Shown here: positions 21,778-32,819 of the stretch, piece after piece
Layout of the letters: each line of letters begins with the position of its first letter
Position numbering within the stretch: position 1 is the first letter of the stretch
DNA from: a virus
Lineage: Duplodnaviria > Caudoviricetes
IMG/VR virus record: IMGVR_UViG_3300021387_000452
Reading direction: 5' to 3' (one strand)
Length of the DNA: 64,000 nucleotides
Position numbers and translations under genes: made by a program
The notes under the pieces: model-generated
What the model saw: only the letters and a program-made list of their open reading frames with translations
Told to the model about the DNA's origin: nothing
Databases searched by the model: none

Positions 21778-23592
21778 CTATAAGTTGTATGCCCAACTGA
21801 ACTTAAATCCGTACATAGCTATAATATCTTGATCACCAGAATATGAAAGCAGTAAATTACCACTAGAGTCTGATGTGAATGAAAGTTTAGACGCATCAAT
21901 GCTAATGCTAGACGTTCCAGTTTCCATGTAACCCCAACCGCTGCCTATGTATCTGTAGATTCTGCTATTCAATGAAGTAATTTTATATGGAATGTAGTCA
22001 GATATCTTTGCTTGAGTGCCATCTTCATAATATAACGATACACCGGGTGTATCTTCATCTACTCCGCATAGTAAGTAGTATGTTCTTGAATGAATATAAC
22101 CATACTGACCACCCCAATATGGCCAATTACCAGAGAATGTTATATAATCATTTTCAATTTCATCAAGCCTAATATTTTCTAATCTTGCAACTGTACGACT
22201 AAAGACTTGAGTGTTATTATAATATATTGTAACAGACTTAGAGCCATCATAGTAATTGTGTATAGTGAATGATAAATTATTTCCATCTGTACCATTGAGC
22301 TTTGCTGTAGCTGTAAAGTTCCCATAAACACCAAAGCACGTTACTGAAGCTGACTTAGCTATACCATCAATAATAGGAATAGAATAGTTTCCATTAGAGA
22401 ATTGGCTGTTTGGCGGTACTAAGTAAAGAGTCATCTCTCCATGAGGTAACTCTTCAGCTTTCGTTGGCACTTCATCTTGCCACATCTTTGTGTAGCCATT
22501 CCAATACTTACTTACTTTGCTATCATACCATGCTATATAGTTGCCGTCTAAATCTACTAATGGATTCCCATATTGATCTTCTTTAACTATATTGCACTTG
22601 TATTCTGTGATCCCATCTGACTCATATAAGCTATCTAAACGAACAAATCCAGAATGAATTTCTGTAGACGAGTTATTTAAGATATATCTGATGCCATTAT
22701 CATCTATGTACTCAAGCCCTTTAAGTAGTAGCGCAACATTTTTATACAATGAGATAGTATTTCCAGTTGGCGCATATGAAAAATTCCAAATTTTATTATC
22801 TTGTATAGAGTGATATTTTCTGCGAAGCTTTGGATCTATGTCTATGCAGCATAGTTGATGAGAATAATAGAATGAAAATATATTTTTAGCGCTTGAGACT
22901 AAATGAGCATACTCTCCATCATACCACTCAGATGGATCATCATTCCAAATAGCATCAAAATTATAACCTAAGCAAACACAGCCAAAGAGAACTCCGAGTG
23001 CATATGAATACATCGACTTAATGTCTAACTTCTTATATGTCTGATTCTTACACCCGGCATTATTAAGAACATCAGTTATCTTTTCATAGATCTCATTATA
23101 GTCTGAATCATTCTCTACTCCTAATGTAGAGAATTCTATAATGTCATGAAATATAACTGGAGCAATTCTTGACGAATCAGTTCCAGTAAGCTTATTCATG
23201 AACTGTCTTAGACCAGCGCAATAGAACTCAACGCGATCTTCAAGCTCTTCTGGCTTACCATGAATTGAAAAATACTTTATGATCTTATTATAGACAGCTT
23301 CATTATTGACGCGATCTTTATAAATAACAACGTGTCTCAATCTAATCCAATCTACAACAGTCTCTGTCACAGGTAATCCAGTGTCTGGATCAATTATTGG
23401 CTTATGAGTGTCTTGATCAATAACTGGAACTTCTTTATAATACTCTTCTTGTGGAGTAGTCACAGCTTCTAAGCCAAGAATAAATAACATTGTTGGATCG
23501 CATAAAAGTGGCCCATGCTCAACATCATCATAATACTCTACACAGCCAATTGAGGATTTATAGTATAGCATAGACCCTCCAATTATGAACAC
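21778..23592 (-). CDS. putative virion protein, paralog of 4778-8017
   Basis: Shared N-terminal domain (PTMLFILGLEAVT, KLTGTDS, MYSYALGVLFGC, WYDGEY); likely start MLYYKS after GGAGG. Confidence 0.75.
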   Translation of the reverse strand: MFIIGGSMLYYKSSIGCVEYYDDVEHGPLLCDPTMLFILGLEAVTTPQEEYYKEVPVIDQDTHKPIIDPDTGLPVTETVVDWIRLRHVVIYKDRVNNEAVYNKIIKYFSIHGKPEELEDRVEFYCAGLRQFMNKLTGTDSSRIAPVIFHDIIEFSTLGVENDSDYNEIYEKITDVLNNAGCKNQTYKKLDIKSMYSYALGVLFGCVCLGYNFDAIWNDDPSEWYDGEYAHLVSSAKNIFSFYYSHQLCCIDIDPKLRRKYHSIQDNKIWNFSYAPTGNTISLYKNVALLLKGLEYIDDNGIRYILNNSSTEIHSGFVRLDSLYESDGITEYKCNIVKEDQYGNPLVDLDGNYIAWYDSKVSKYWNGYTKMWQDEVPTKAEELPHGEMTLYLVPPNSQFSNGNYSIPIIDGIAKSASVTCFGVYGNFTATAKLNGTDGNNLSFTIHNYYDGSKSVTIYYNNTQVFSRTVARLENIRLDEIENDYITFSGNWPYWGGQYGYIHSRTYYLLCGVDEDTPGVSLYYEDGTQAKISDYIPYKITSLNSRIYRYIGSGWGYMETGTSSISIDASKLSFTSDSSGNLLLSYSGDQDIIAMYGFKFSWAYNL

Positions 23593-24461
23593 ATTAGTGA
23601 AAGAATCATGTCATTAATAAATGACTCAAAGACGTATGATTCTTCAGTAGAATGAACTACAGAGTTTAGCTTATTAGTAAGAGCTTTTATGTCAGAAGAA
23701 AGCATGACATTAAAACCATTCTTTTTCTGGTCAATAAGTTTTAGTATGTCTACTAATGATTTGCACTTACCAATGAATTTACCGCTAAGTGATTTCGCTA
23801 CAGGTTTTGACAGATCTGCAAGAATCTTACTTGGGTCTACTTTATCATAGAACTTGCTATCAGTGAATTTATCACCGCTAAGATGATCACTGCTCAAAAA
23901 GTCTGTGTAATCTTTATAAAGCTTATCACACGCAGTTTTAAAATCAGTAACTATCTTAATGTCAAGCTCAGTTGGAGTGTCGCTCTTGCTATTGTCTTTT
24001 ATATCAGTTGGCTGAGGCTTATCTTTTCCTTTTGGAATCTGTGCCTTAAACATTTGGTAAATCTGATCATAATCAGACTTAAGTTTATTTAGCGCTACAA
24101 GAATATGCTTGCAAGCCATGCCTTCTTTGTCTGGGTTAGTCTTATCTGGAGATCTAATCTCTCTATCAATGCCAGACTGGCTTTTCCACATTATGTACTT
24201 ATACCCCTGATAGAGAAAAGCTGGGCACGTGCAGCTCAGTTTTACATTTCCATTTATAGCTCCCTTAAGAGAACGAAGCTTATTTCCTGTGAGACCAAGA
24301 AGCTGTATCGTAACTATGTACTGTTTGTTGCCCTGGCTAGAAGTCACTGTATACAATATCTTATTGTCTTCTACTTTGTACAGCTTTGCAGTAAGACCCT
24401 GCTTAGCAGCTCTTTCTTTAGATCGATTATCTGATTTATTTATTATATCTACTAGACGCAT
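23583..24461 (-). CDS. SWIM zinc-finger domain protein
   Basis: CxC...CxH SWIM pattern: SCTCPAFLYQG...MACKHILVAL. Confidence 0.8.
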   Translation of the reverse strand: MRLVDIINKSDNRSKERAAKQGLTAKLYKVEDNKILYTVTSSQGNKQYIVTIQLLGLTGNKLRSLKGAINGNVKLSCTCPAFLYQGYKYIMWKSQSGIDREIRSPDKTNPDKEGMACKHILVALNKLKSDYDQIYQMFKAQIPKGKDKPQPTDIKDNSKSDTPTELDIKIVTDFKTACDKLYKDYTDFLSSDHLSGDKFTDSKFYDKVDPSKILADLSKPVAKSLSGKFIGKCKSLVDILKLIDQKKNGFNVMLSSDIKALTNKLNSVVHSTEESYVFESFINDMILSLMCS

Positions 24462-24524
24462 GACTATATCATCTCACAATAAATTCAGTAAAGTTTATTA
24501 GTATTTGATATGAAGTCACACAAT

Positions 24525-24556
24525 AAAACCCGAGGTGTTAAAGCATCTCGGGTTTT
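24525..24556 (-). terminator. terminator
   Basis: AAAACCCGAG...CTCGGGTTTT stem after ORF 24564-25250. Confidence 0.75.
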
Positions 24557-24563
24557 GAACTAG

Positions 24564-25250
24564 TTACTTTTTGTAACGAGAGACCAGTGAACGTTTAGCA
24601 GGTTGCTTAGTTGATTCATTCTTTGCTCTTCTTGCTGGACGCTTTTTGGATTCGAAGTCTTCATCATCTTCGTCCCAATCTTCATCATCTTCGTCTTCCC
24701 AATCATCATCTTCATCATCATCCTGAACTGATCTATATGGATCAACATTTGCAAACTTGTCCATACGATCATGAACAAACCAACGGTCTTCATCATCCAT
24801 ATCAGCATAGTAAGTATCTAAATACTCATCAATATCTCTTTCACCAATCCAGTCATGTGCATCATAATGATCAAGAATTTCACGACAGATGTCATATGAA
24901 TTGTAGCTAGGATTTTCATCTTCGTCATCCATATCATCATCGTCCACATCATCCATATCTTCATTCTTTACAGACTTATCTGATGCTTTCTTTGATTCTT
25001 CAACTAAGTCAAGAGCGTCACAGACTGACCAAAGTTCATCAACTGACATCTGAGCAATAAGTTCTCTACATAAAGCTTCCATTGAAATATAACCATCAGA
25101 CGCAGCATCAAGCAAAATAACTGCTGGATCGTCAGCGCTTTCATTCTTAATAAGATTTTCAAGTCGAGTAAGACGTTTTTCTAAAATAGTTTTACGCTTG
25201 TCATTGTCGATAATCTGTTTAGCTTTATCCATTGCTTCATTCTTTGTCAT
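24564..25250 (-). CDS. highly acidic putative prohead core/internal protein
   Basis: Immediately downstream of portal (the position of T4 core genes 67/68); Asp/Glu tracts; four KNE sites; LEKRLTRLENLI motif. Confidence 0.65.
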   Translation of the reverse strand: MTKNEAMDKAKQIIDNDKRKTILEKRLTRLENLIKNESADDPAVILLDAASDGYISMEALCRELIAQMSVDELWSVCDALDLVEESKKASDKSVKNEDMDDVDDDDMDDEDENPSYNSYDICREILDHYDAHDWIGERDIDEYLDTYYADMDDEDRWFVHDRMDKFANVDPYRSVQDDDEDDDWEDEDDEDWDEDDEDFESKKRPARRAKNESTKQPAKRSLVSRYKK

Positions 25251-25267
25251 AGTATCAATCCTCCAAA

Positions 25268-26788
25268 CTACATATTAAAATCAAAATCTTCTTCTTCAGA
25301 TCCCTCATCACCAGCTTCTCCATCTGGAGACTCTTCATCTGAAGATTTATCTTCACTCTTTACGAACTGCTCTAAATTAAGAGCATCTATAATGTCTTCA
25401 TCATTAGATACTCTATTGAGTAGTGCAGCTATAAGTTTAGCTTTATCTGCATTCTCAAAAATGCCTTCATCAACATTTTTCACTAAGTCAAGGATTGAAC
25501 CAGTAGTTTCAATCTCTGCTTTTTGAATATCTGATAAACGAGTATCCTCAGCTGTTAGAATTCTTGGCATCTCAACAGTAAAGCTTGGCGGCAATATGTT
25601 GTGAATAGAACAATACCAGTATATTAGATCTTTTAATCCAGATTTAATGATGCGTTGACATCTTTTTACTGTTCTTGCATAGCGAATGTCTAACTGAGTT
25701 AGAGTCGTATCTCCGATTCCACCAGGGGCTTCATCTGACTGACCTAAGAATTGCTTAGGAACTTTCAATGCACCATAATAACGATCGTCAAAGTAATCAA
25801 TATCAGCTAATGCTGAAACATTAACTTCACCGCCAACTTCCTGAACTGTTACTGCACCCTGACCATTACGAGTTGGGAAATAAACATTACCACCTGTTAA
25901 AATAGGTGAAGATCTTGAACTAAATACCTCAGTACTAACATTGATCGATTGCTTTGATGAAACAGCAGTTTTTAACTCACGAATCATTCTTGCTGTATCT
26001 TGTGATGAAGCTGCGCCGACATCTACAGAAAACAATCTATAAAATGATGATCGTGTTAATCTAGCAAGAATTAAAAGATCATCTAATAGCTGACGCTGTT
26101 TATAGTACTGCCTTGCCGCCTCAAGAAATGATGATCCATACTGGATATATGAATCAGAAGATAGTGCATCTCTATTTGCTCTATCAGAGATGAAATGAAT
26201 AAATGATCGCTCTGGAAGCAGCTTATCATTATCAATAGCTGATTTATCTTTGCTCTGTGGCTGATATAAATAGCCTAGAGGAACACCATAGCGATATATG
26301 TGAACTACATCTTCTGGCTCTGCTAATGTGAAATAATCACCTACATTGTACTCTTTTCTATAGTCTATATTGGAATAGTTAGTATCAACAAAACACTCAC
26401 CAAAAGTGACTACGTTAAAAGCTAGTGGGTAAATAATATCATTGATCCTAAACTTGTTCTTAAGAAATGATGTCATCATCTCTGCAAAGTCTGGATTATC
26501 GGCAGATTCTACCCAAGCGGCTAAGCCAGTATCAGAATCTATAAGAGAAGCATCTTCTGATATGAGCTCAACAGCTGATAATGTAACGCCATCTTTGAGC
26601 ATTTCACGATAGTCTTTAATCTTAGATTGTCGATCATTAGACAGCGTCCTCAAAGATGTCAGAATGTTATTATCTCTGTTTAGAAAGATATTCTCAAGCT
26701 TATCATCCCTAACATCATTTGTATCTTTAATGACTTCAACTCTGTTAGAGAGACCAAACATATTTCTGAAAAATGATTTAAGTGACAT
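25268..26788 (-). CDS. portal protein, T4 gp20-like
   Basis: YGSSFLEAARQYYKQRQLLDDLLILARLTRS, RLFSVDVG, DIDYFDDRYYGALKVPKQFL, DIRYARTVKRCQ. Confidence 0.92.
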   Translation of the reverse strand: MSLKSFFRNMFGLSNRVEVIKDTNDVRDDKLENIFLNRDNNILTSLRTLSNDRQSKIKDYREMLKDGVTLSAVELISEDASLIDSDTGLAAWVESADNPDFAEMMTSFLKNKFRINDIIYPLAFNVVTFGECFVDTNYSNIDYRKEYNVGDYFTLAEPEDVVHIYRYGVPLGYLYQPQSKDKSAIDNDKLLPERSFIHFISDRANRDALSSDSYIQYGSSFLEAARQYYKQRQLLDDLLILARLTRSSFYRLFSVDVGAASSQDTARMIRELKTAVSSKQSINVSTEVFSSRSSPILTGGNVYFPTRNGQGAVTVQEVGGEVNVSALADIDYFDDRYYGALKVPKQFLGQSDEAPGGIGDTTLTQLDIRYARTVKRCQRIIKSGLKDLIYWYCSIHNILPPSFTVEMPRILTAEDTRLSDIQKAEIETTGSILDLVKNVDEGIFENADKAKLIAALLNRVSNDEDIIDALNLEQFVKSEDKSSDEESPDGEAGDEGSEEEDFDFNM

Positions 26789-26857
26789 AGTACATACTCA
26801 TCTAAAGCTTCATAATCAAAATAAGTACTTAACTATTATAGTTAGATATTGATATTA

Positions 26858-29311
26858 CTAAGCTGTATAATTCATTATGTATGCAGTGCATGTTACTGGT
26901 TTTTCAGCTAAATCATAAACGCCTGTACTACTGTTGTAAGTAGAAATAACTGATTTATATGAATGAGATGCTGCATAATAATGGAAATGATATAGACCTT
27001 CATACTTGGAATCTAGTAGATACTTAAACCCAACTACTACTTTCTTATTAGTTGTACCAATACTACTACCATAAGTAGTACTATTAACTTTAATATGGTT
27101 GTTTAAGAATCCTATTGAGAAGTGAGTGCACCCACTGCTAGATGACATTAAAGATTCACCATTTATCTGATCTGAGTTTGAAAAACCAATTGATGAAAGA
27201 TATATATCATCCCAAGAGTAATTCGGCACTTTAGCCATTAAGAAGCTTCTGAGATTATCAGCGTCAGCAAGCTCAAGAGTACCAGTTACTGTACTAAATA
27301 TAGATGAGCTAGCATCAAATAAAGCAATGAAACGACTATCGTCTATTCGCCAGTCATTAAGGCCGTAATCATCTTCATATGTAACATCATCAAAATCCCA
27401 GTTCTCATGATCTTCTCTAGTGAGAACTTCACTTGGAACAAAAAGCGTATCAGTAGTATTCTTTTTAGTAAAGCACACTGCAAGACTAGCTTTATTTGTA
27501 ACTATACTATATTGATCATTAGGCACAGCAAGATAATACACTTGCTGTTGCTGATTCATAGATGTATTCTTATAGCACTTCTTAACATATAACTTCTTGA
27601 AAGCGTCTACACCATCAACAATACGTCTCTGAAGTATATATCGCTGAACATTAAACACGTCATTATAGTTTATTGAAGTCTCTTTGACACCATCACCATC
27701 TAAGTCGTAACGTCTTGTCCCATGATAAGTTGTACATTGATATGTAATCACATAGTCTTTTGAATACTCAACTAAGTCTCTCAAGTACAAGGCTTCTCTA
27801 AACTCATTCTTATTGTATGCCTCATTACATCGTATATGAAAGCGATATGTAGATTCTCGCGGTGTTTTGTTCACATTCCATTTGCATGGGTATGACACTA
27901 AGAATCTATCTTTGCAAAATTTCTTACCGCTAACTGGCTGTTTGTAGCAGCATCTTATTGACATCGGAATTGCATACTGCTGCCAGTTCAAATCATGAAG
28001 CGCCTTTACATTATTGTCTGCAACATCATCTGGATCAGTGCCACTATCAGCTACCCACATAACAAGAACTGTTTCGCAGTCTGTAAATGGTGGTCTGTCA
28101 TTGAGAGTGTATCTTAATAAATCGTATGGTATTTGTAATGGCTTTGCAGTTTCATATATAGCTGGAGGCTCATATGAAATTTCTGTGTTATAATAAACGC
28201 CAGATAATATTTTAGGAATATCTCCAGTTGGCTGTATAGTGACATAACTAGTAGTCCCATTATCTGTATATTTTAACTGAGTACTACTGTTATGAGTATC
28301 ATCATAATATAAAATTCGTCTTGTTGCTTCGAGATCTATAAAGTCTCTCTTTAGATCTTCACTAAAATCAGAGTATAATTCTACTGTGCGAATAGGTGAA
28401 ACTTCAACGCTTGTGTTACTATTAAGAAAGTAGCGAGACCCATCTTTTGTAACATCAGATGATGTGTATCTCTGTGATCTTGTAAGAGTTACTGACGGAT
28501 TATCAGTGAGATAGTATCTGCTAACTTCTGCATGCGGTGGAAAGTCTTTATTAGTACCAGTGTGAATATTGCCGTTTTTGTCTATACATGACACACTTTC
28601 GCGTAAATATTTACTGTTCCCACTATAATAATATACAAAAAATTTTGGAGCAGCATGATTTCCGTATGGGAAATTTTCATTAAAATAGTTTTGAACAAAT
28701 ACTCGTTTCTCTTGCCCTACATCAACATTGAAGATATCTTTCCACGCAAGCTTCTCTTCAATTGTAAAGAACCAGTTGCTATGAAAACGATCATTAACAA
28801 TTTTATCCCTTAGGCCAGACTTTTTTAACACTTTATCTGGCAAAGTAAATCCATAGAAGAAATCACCAGATGACACCATTAGAGAAAAATACACGGTTTT
28901 CCCATTAACATGAAGCTTTGTCCACTCTCCAAAGTCACCGCCAACTTCTGGTGTATGAGACACCATTAAAGACATACCGCCTTCTTGGCACGGATTAGCA
29001 TCCCAATAATTTCTAAGATTAAAATACTTTGGCTCACGAAGCCAAGCATCTATGTAGCTCTTGATTGTATTTTTCTTTACCGATGTCCAACCATTAGTTC
29101 CATTAGCGTACATAGAGATTGGATTAGAAGCTGTTAACTGATCATAAGTGATGACTCTCTCAGGGCACTGTTTACACAAAGCTCTAACCTCACCAAGCTG
29201 ATCTGCCCCATCATTAGTTGGTACAAAGCCTGGATTTCCAGGCTTATACGTAAGACTATGGTAATTTGTAAGTATAAATTTATAGTAGACTTCTTGTTTA
29301 TTCATATGCAA
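26858..29311 (-). CDS. hypothetical protein (probably virion-associated)
   Basis: 817-aa Tyr-rich ORF co-oriented with the ankyrin/PKD gene; contains a DLDGDG Ca-binding-like loop. Confidence 0.65.
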   Translation of the reverse strand: MHMNKQEVYYKFILTNYHSLTYKPGNPGFVPTNDGADQLGEVRALCKQCPERVITYDQLTASNPISMYANGTNGWTSVKKNTIKSYIDAWLREPKYFNLRNYWDANPCQEGGMSLMVSHTPEVGGDFGEWTKLHVNGKTVYFSLMVSSGDFFYGFTLPDKVLKKSGLRDKIVNDRFHSNWFFTIEEKLAWKDIFNVDVGQEKRVFVQNYFNENFPYGNHAAPKFFVYYYSGNSKYLRESVSCIDKNGNIHTGTNKDFPPHAEVSRYYLTDNPSVTLTRSQRYTSSDVTKDGSRYFLNSNTSVEVSPIRTVELYSDFSEDLKRDFIDLEATRRILYYDDTHNSSTQLKYTDNGTTSYVTIQPTGDIPKILSGVYYNTEISYEPPAIYETAKPLQIPYDLLRYTLNDRPPFTDCETVLVMWVADSGTDPDDVADNNVKALHDLNWQQYAIPMSIRCCYKQPVSGKKFCKDRFLVSYPCKWNVNKTPRESTYRFHIRCNEAYNKNEFREALYLRDLVEYSKDYVITYQCTTYHGTRRYDLDGDGVKETSINYNDVFNVQRYILQRRIVDGVDAFKKLYVKKCYKNTSMNQQQQVYYLAVPNDQYSIVTNKASLAVCFTKKNTTDTLFVPSEVLTREDHENWDFDDVTYEDDYGLNDWRIDDSRFIALFDASSSIFSTVTGTLELADADNLRSFLMAKVPNYSWDDIYLSSIGFSNSDQINGESLMSSSSGCTHFSIGFLNNHIKVNSTTYGSSIGTTNKKVVVGFKYLLDSKYEGLYHFHYYAASHSYKSVISTYNSSTGVYDLAEKPVTCTAYIMNYTA

Positions 29312-29314
29312 TCT

Positions 29315-32300
29315 CTAGTTGTCAGAATCTTCTGAATATAGAAGATCATAATAGAAGACTTTATTAGATGATGTCCAATATGGTGACTTTGGTACTTGAT
29401 TAACTCTATATCTGTTGTATACTGAGCTCCACTGGTCTTTTGTAATCTCTGAATGTTGCGTTACTACTCCGGCACTCTTAGTTGTATAAACTAAAGTACC
29501 TGGATCTAGATCAACTGCAAATGTACCAGATGTAAATGCAGTTGTACCAATTGTCGTTGGCGTAGCTACTTTAACAGTAATTGACGCAGTACTTACGTTG
29601 CTATAATCATCTGTAACAGTTACTGTAAATACGTAAGTAGTCTCTGGAATTGTGTTCTCTGGTATTTTGAATGTCTTTTGCTCATCATTTATTGAAATAA
29701 GATGACTTGCTTCTGGCCCACTCCAAACAACAGTATAACTATCACCATCAACATCAATAACATCTATGCTCAATGTAACAGTATCTCCAGGGTTACCTTC
29801 AACTAGAGGTGTAAGTACAGTAATTCGCGGAGCTGTATTTGCATAATATGACGCATTAACTGAAGTTGTTGCTGTGCTAGATGCTCCGAAATTATCTGTA
29901 ACTGTTACTGTAAATGTGTAAGTAACATTCCCAGTAAGATTAGCTGGTATAGTAAAAGTAGGATTTGCTGAAGATGTACTTGAGAATTCTCCATCATGAT
30001 TGCAAGACCATTCGTACGCTATTGTATCATCACTATCTGGATCTGATGCATTTGCATGTAATGTAATAATAGCTCCCTGATGACATGTAGTAGGTGATGC
30101 TTCAGGATGAGCAATCGGCGCATGGTTAATAGATGCCTCATCTGTTATGTAGCATCGCGCACTTACACCGCTAAGAAGCTTATATAATAAGTGATCTAAA
30201 TTCCACTTAATTTCATGAGTGTCTTCGCTTATTGTGTACACAACACCTTTAGGAACTATAAAAGTATCTACACCAACAGACGCGTTGAATGAAACTATTA
30301 CACCATTTATGTCACTGTCAACGCTATGTTCAGGGCTCATGTAGAATCCAGGCTTAGAACTATACGTATATAATCTAAATGAATCTGGTGTAAATGGCGC
30401 AGTACTATCACTGTCAAGAATTTTCACATCAGTGTATTGACCAGAGCCGCTAATTGGCTGAAGATCATCGTTCTTCATTGATTCAGTCGGGAGGCTTGGC
30501 CAGTACTGTGGATCATACCAATTAGTGTCTGAGTGGCTATTAAACTGATATACCCAATAATAATCGGTTGCGATAGCTTTGTCACTATACTTCATTTTAC
30601 CAATAAATGGCTTAAGATCATCATTCAAATCAGATAAATCACTTGAATAATTATCATATATTGTATATATGTCTTCTAGCTCAAGCGCATTTCCATCACC
30701 GCTGTCATCATATAAGCTGTTTAGAATACTACATATTGTTGACGCTGGTGTAATTATACTAATGATGTCACTAACTGGAACACTGCTCTTGTTTGTTTTG
30801 AAAGATCTAATGACAACCGAACTCTTAAGATCTGCGTCTGTTATAACGCTCTCAATCTCACTAAGACTAGTCTTATTACAGTCAATCATATGAGCAATGT
30901 ATTGCTGCTTAAATTCACCATTATCTGTGATTTCAGAATTTACAGTATACAAACTTACATTGAGAATGTCAATTATACCATTGAACTTATTATAGTCTGA
31001 TGGATTTGTGCATAGATATGCCAATTTCTGAAGAGTAAAGTATTCATTGAGATATAAATGGCTGATAACGTTATCTCTATTGTCTGATTCAGTGTTGACA
31101 AGACTAGAGAACAGCTGCTTATTGTATGGTGATGTGAATACCTTGTCAATGCATTTATTTCTTTTAGTATCATCTGCGATATCGCATACATCTTTTAAAT
31201 CAACTTCGCCATCACTAAATAATACATTTACTACTCCATCATAGACGTTTGTAAGTCGTGAATCAGTGATAAGTGTATTGAACTTGTTTCCATTATTAAA
31301 TGGCTCTTTATTTTTCTTATACAGATACGCAATGATATTGTAGCATTGATTGCTTGTGAATGTGGCTAACTTTGATATGTCATAATTTTTAAGTAGCAGA
31401 TCATAAATCTTATCATTATGTTCATACTCAATATATTTCACAATAAATCTACTGCCTGGACCACTACCCCAAGTATAGCTCTCGCTAAGCCAGCTGTAAA
31501 TGTTATCGTCTGTTACAGAATAACGCAGCAGAGCATTTACTACTGAGTGCCACTCATGAGCAAAAGCAATCTCAAACACATCACCAAGCGATGAACTACC
31601 CACTAAGTAGTGGCATAGCTTTTCAACTAGCATTTCATCTTCATTATCAACAGCAACAGCTAATGCAGACTTCTTACTATCATCATCTGTGCCACATTCT
31701 CTAAGAATATATGAGGCTCTATTAGTTTTAACAAGAGTGCCAAGAATATAATCAACAGAAGCGTAGCACGACATCATGCACGCTGAATAAAGAAGTGTAA
31801 TGTCATAGCTATCAGTAATTTCGGCATAGTCAGAAAAGCTAGTTCTACTGCCAAGAGCTTCTAAAATATCAGACTTTGGGAGCTTGGCAGCCTCACTCAA
31901 ATCGGCTTTAGTAACAGTAGCTGGTGTATTTATCTTAGTAGTCGCTTTAAGATAAGCTACAGCATACTGTGGCTGATATTCATAGTCCCACACATACTCA
32001 AACTTGTTTCGTATGTCTTTACATTCTTCGTCTTTCTTGTGAATCTCTGACCCATCAGCGTTGCACTGCTTTATAGGATTACCTTCATCATCACGCATTG
32101 GCGAATGTGTACCATCATCCTCGTACTTATAAACTATGTTATAGCTCACTAACTCTGGCGGAATTGGAAAGACTTCACCATCTTTTACAAGTCTACCTAG
32201 TTGCTGAGTCACTGGCTCTGCAGTAACAGATAAAGGGTCTTTAAGATTGCTTGGATCTAGTGGATAAACTACTCCATTAGTATCTTTTATATATATCACG

Positions 32301-32731
32301 TTATCTTCATCGTCGCGAGCTGGAACTGGATTATCATCAGCATCCTTCTTTGGCTGTTCACTTTCTTGAGCTTCAGTTGTAGAATCAACTACCTCTTCAG
32401 TTGTATCGTCATACACATAAACATCATTACCAATCAGAGCATCAACTGACTCTTTACAGCCAGACATGATTGCGCACTGAAGTGGAGTCTTACCTTTACC
32501 GCATTTCTTAGACGGCGCACAACCATGTTCTTTTATAAGGCAAACAATCTTATCTGGCTTAATACCATTCATAGCCGCAAAACAAAGTGGAGTATACCCC
32601 TCTGAGTCATTAGAATTGTATGTCCATGATGAATCTATAGCTATGCATTTGCCATAAAGCTCACTTATTGCTTGTTTTGTCTTTAGATCATCAGCAGTGT
32701 ATGTAATTTTTGGTGGTGTTTCATCAGGCAT
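29315..32731 (-). CDS. ankyrin-repeat protein with two C-terminal PKD/Ig-like domains
   Basis: GYTPLCFAAMNG, GKTPLQCAIMSG, TLLYSACMMS, SALAVAVDNE ankyrin repeats; NHAPIA...ASDPDSD..AYEW...YTFTVTVTD-type domain occurs twice. Confidence 0.85.
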   Translation of the reverse strand: MPDETPPKITYTADDLKTKQAISELYGKCIAIDSSWTYNSNDSEGYTPLCFAAMNGIKPDKIVCLIKEHGCAPSKKCGKGKTPLQCAIMSGCKESVDALIGNDVYVYDDTTEEVVDSTTEAQESEQPKKDADDNPVPARDDEDNVIYIKDTNGVVYPLDPSNLKDPLSVTAEPVTQQLGRLVKDGEVFPIPPELVSYNIVYKYEDDGTHSPMRDDEGNPIKQCNADGSEIHKKDEECKDIRNKFEYVWDYEYQPQYAVAYLKATTKINTPATVTKADLSEAAKLPKSDILEALGSRTSFSDYAEITDSYDITLLYSACMMSCYASVDYILGTLVKTNRASYILRECGTDDDSKKSALAVAVDNEDEMLVEKLCHYLVGSSSLGDVFEIAFAHEWHSVVNALLRYSVTDDNIYSWLSESYTWGSGPGSRFIVKYIEYEHNDKIYDLLLKNYDISKLATFTSNQCYNIIAYLYKKNKEPFNNGNKFNTLITDSRLTNVYDGVVNVLFSDGEVDLKDVCDIADDTKRNKCIDKVFTSPYNKQLFSSLVNTESDNRDNVISHLYLNEYFTLQKLAYLCTNPSDYNKFNGIIDILNVSLYTVNSEITDNGEFKQQYIAHMIDCNKTSLSEIESVITDADLKSSVVIRSFKTNKSSVPVSDIISIITPASTICSILNSLYDDSGDGNALELEDIYTIYDNYSSDLSDLNDDLKPFIGKMKYSDKAIATDYYWVYQFNSHSDTNWYDPQYWPSLPTESMKNDDLQPISGSGQYTDVKILDSDSTAPFTPDSFRLYTYSSKPGFYMSPEHSVDSDINGVIVSFNASVGVDTFIVPKGVVYTISEDTHEIKWNLDHLLYKLLSGVSARCYITDEASINHAPIAHPEASPTTCHQGAIITLHANASDPDSDDTIAYEWSCNHDGEFSSTSSANPTFTIPANLTGNVTYTFTVTVTDNFGASSTATTSVNASYYANTAPRITVLTPLVEGNPGDTVTLSIDVIDVDGDSYTVVWSGPEASHLISINDEQKTFKIPENTIPETTYVFTVTVTDDYSNVSTASITVKVATPTTIGTTAFTSGTFAVDLDPGTLVYTTKSAGVVTQHSEITKDQWSSVYNRYRVNQVPKSPYWTSSNKVFYYDLLYSEDSDN

Positions 32732-32757
32732 GTCTATACTCTCTTAAGATATAAAAT

Positions 32758-32797
32758 TAAACCCTCTATGAATTGATATACTTTCATAGAGGGTTTA
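32758..32797 (-). terminator. terminator after recA with an ATATCAA promoter-like motif in its loop
   Basis: 15-bp stem TAAACCCTCTATGAA/TTCATAGAGGGTTTA, loop TTGATATACT. Confidence 0.7.
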
Positions 32798-32819
32798 TCT
32801 ATAAGATTATGCTAATAAA

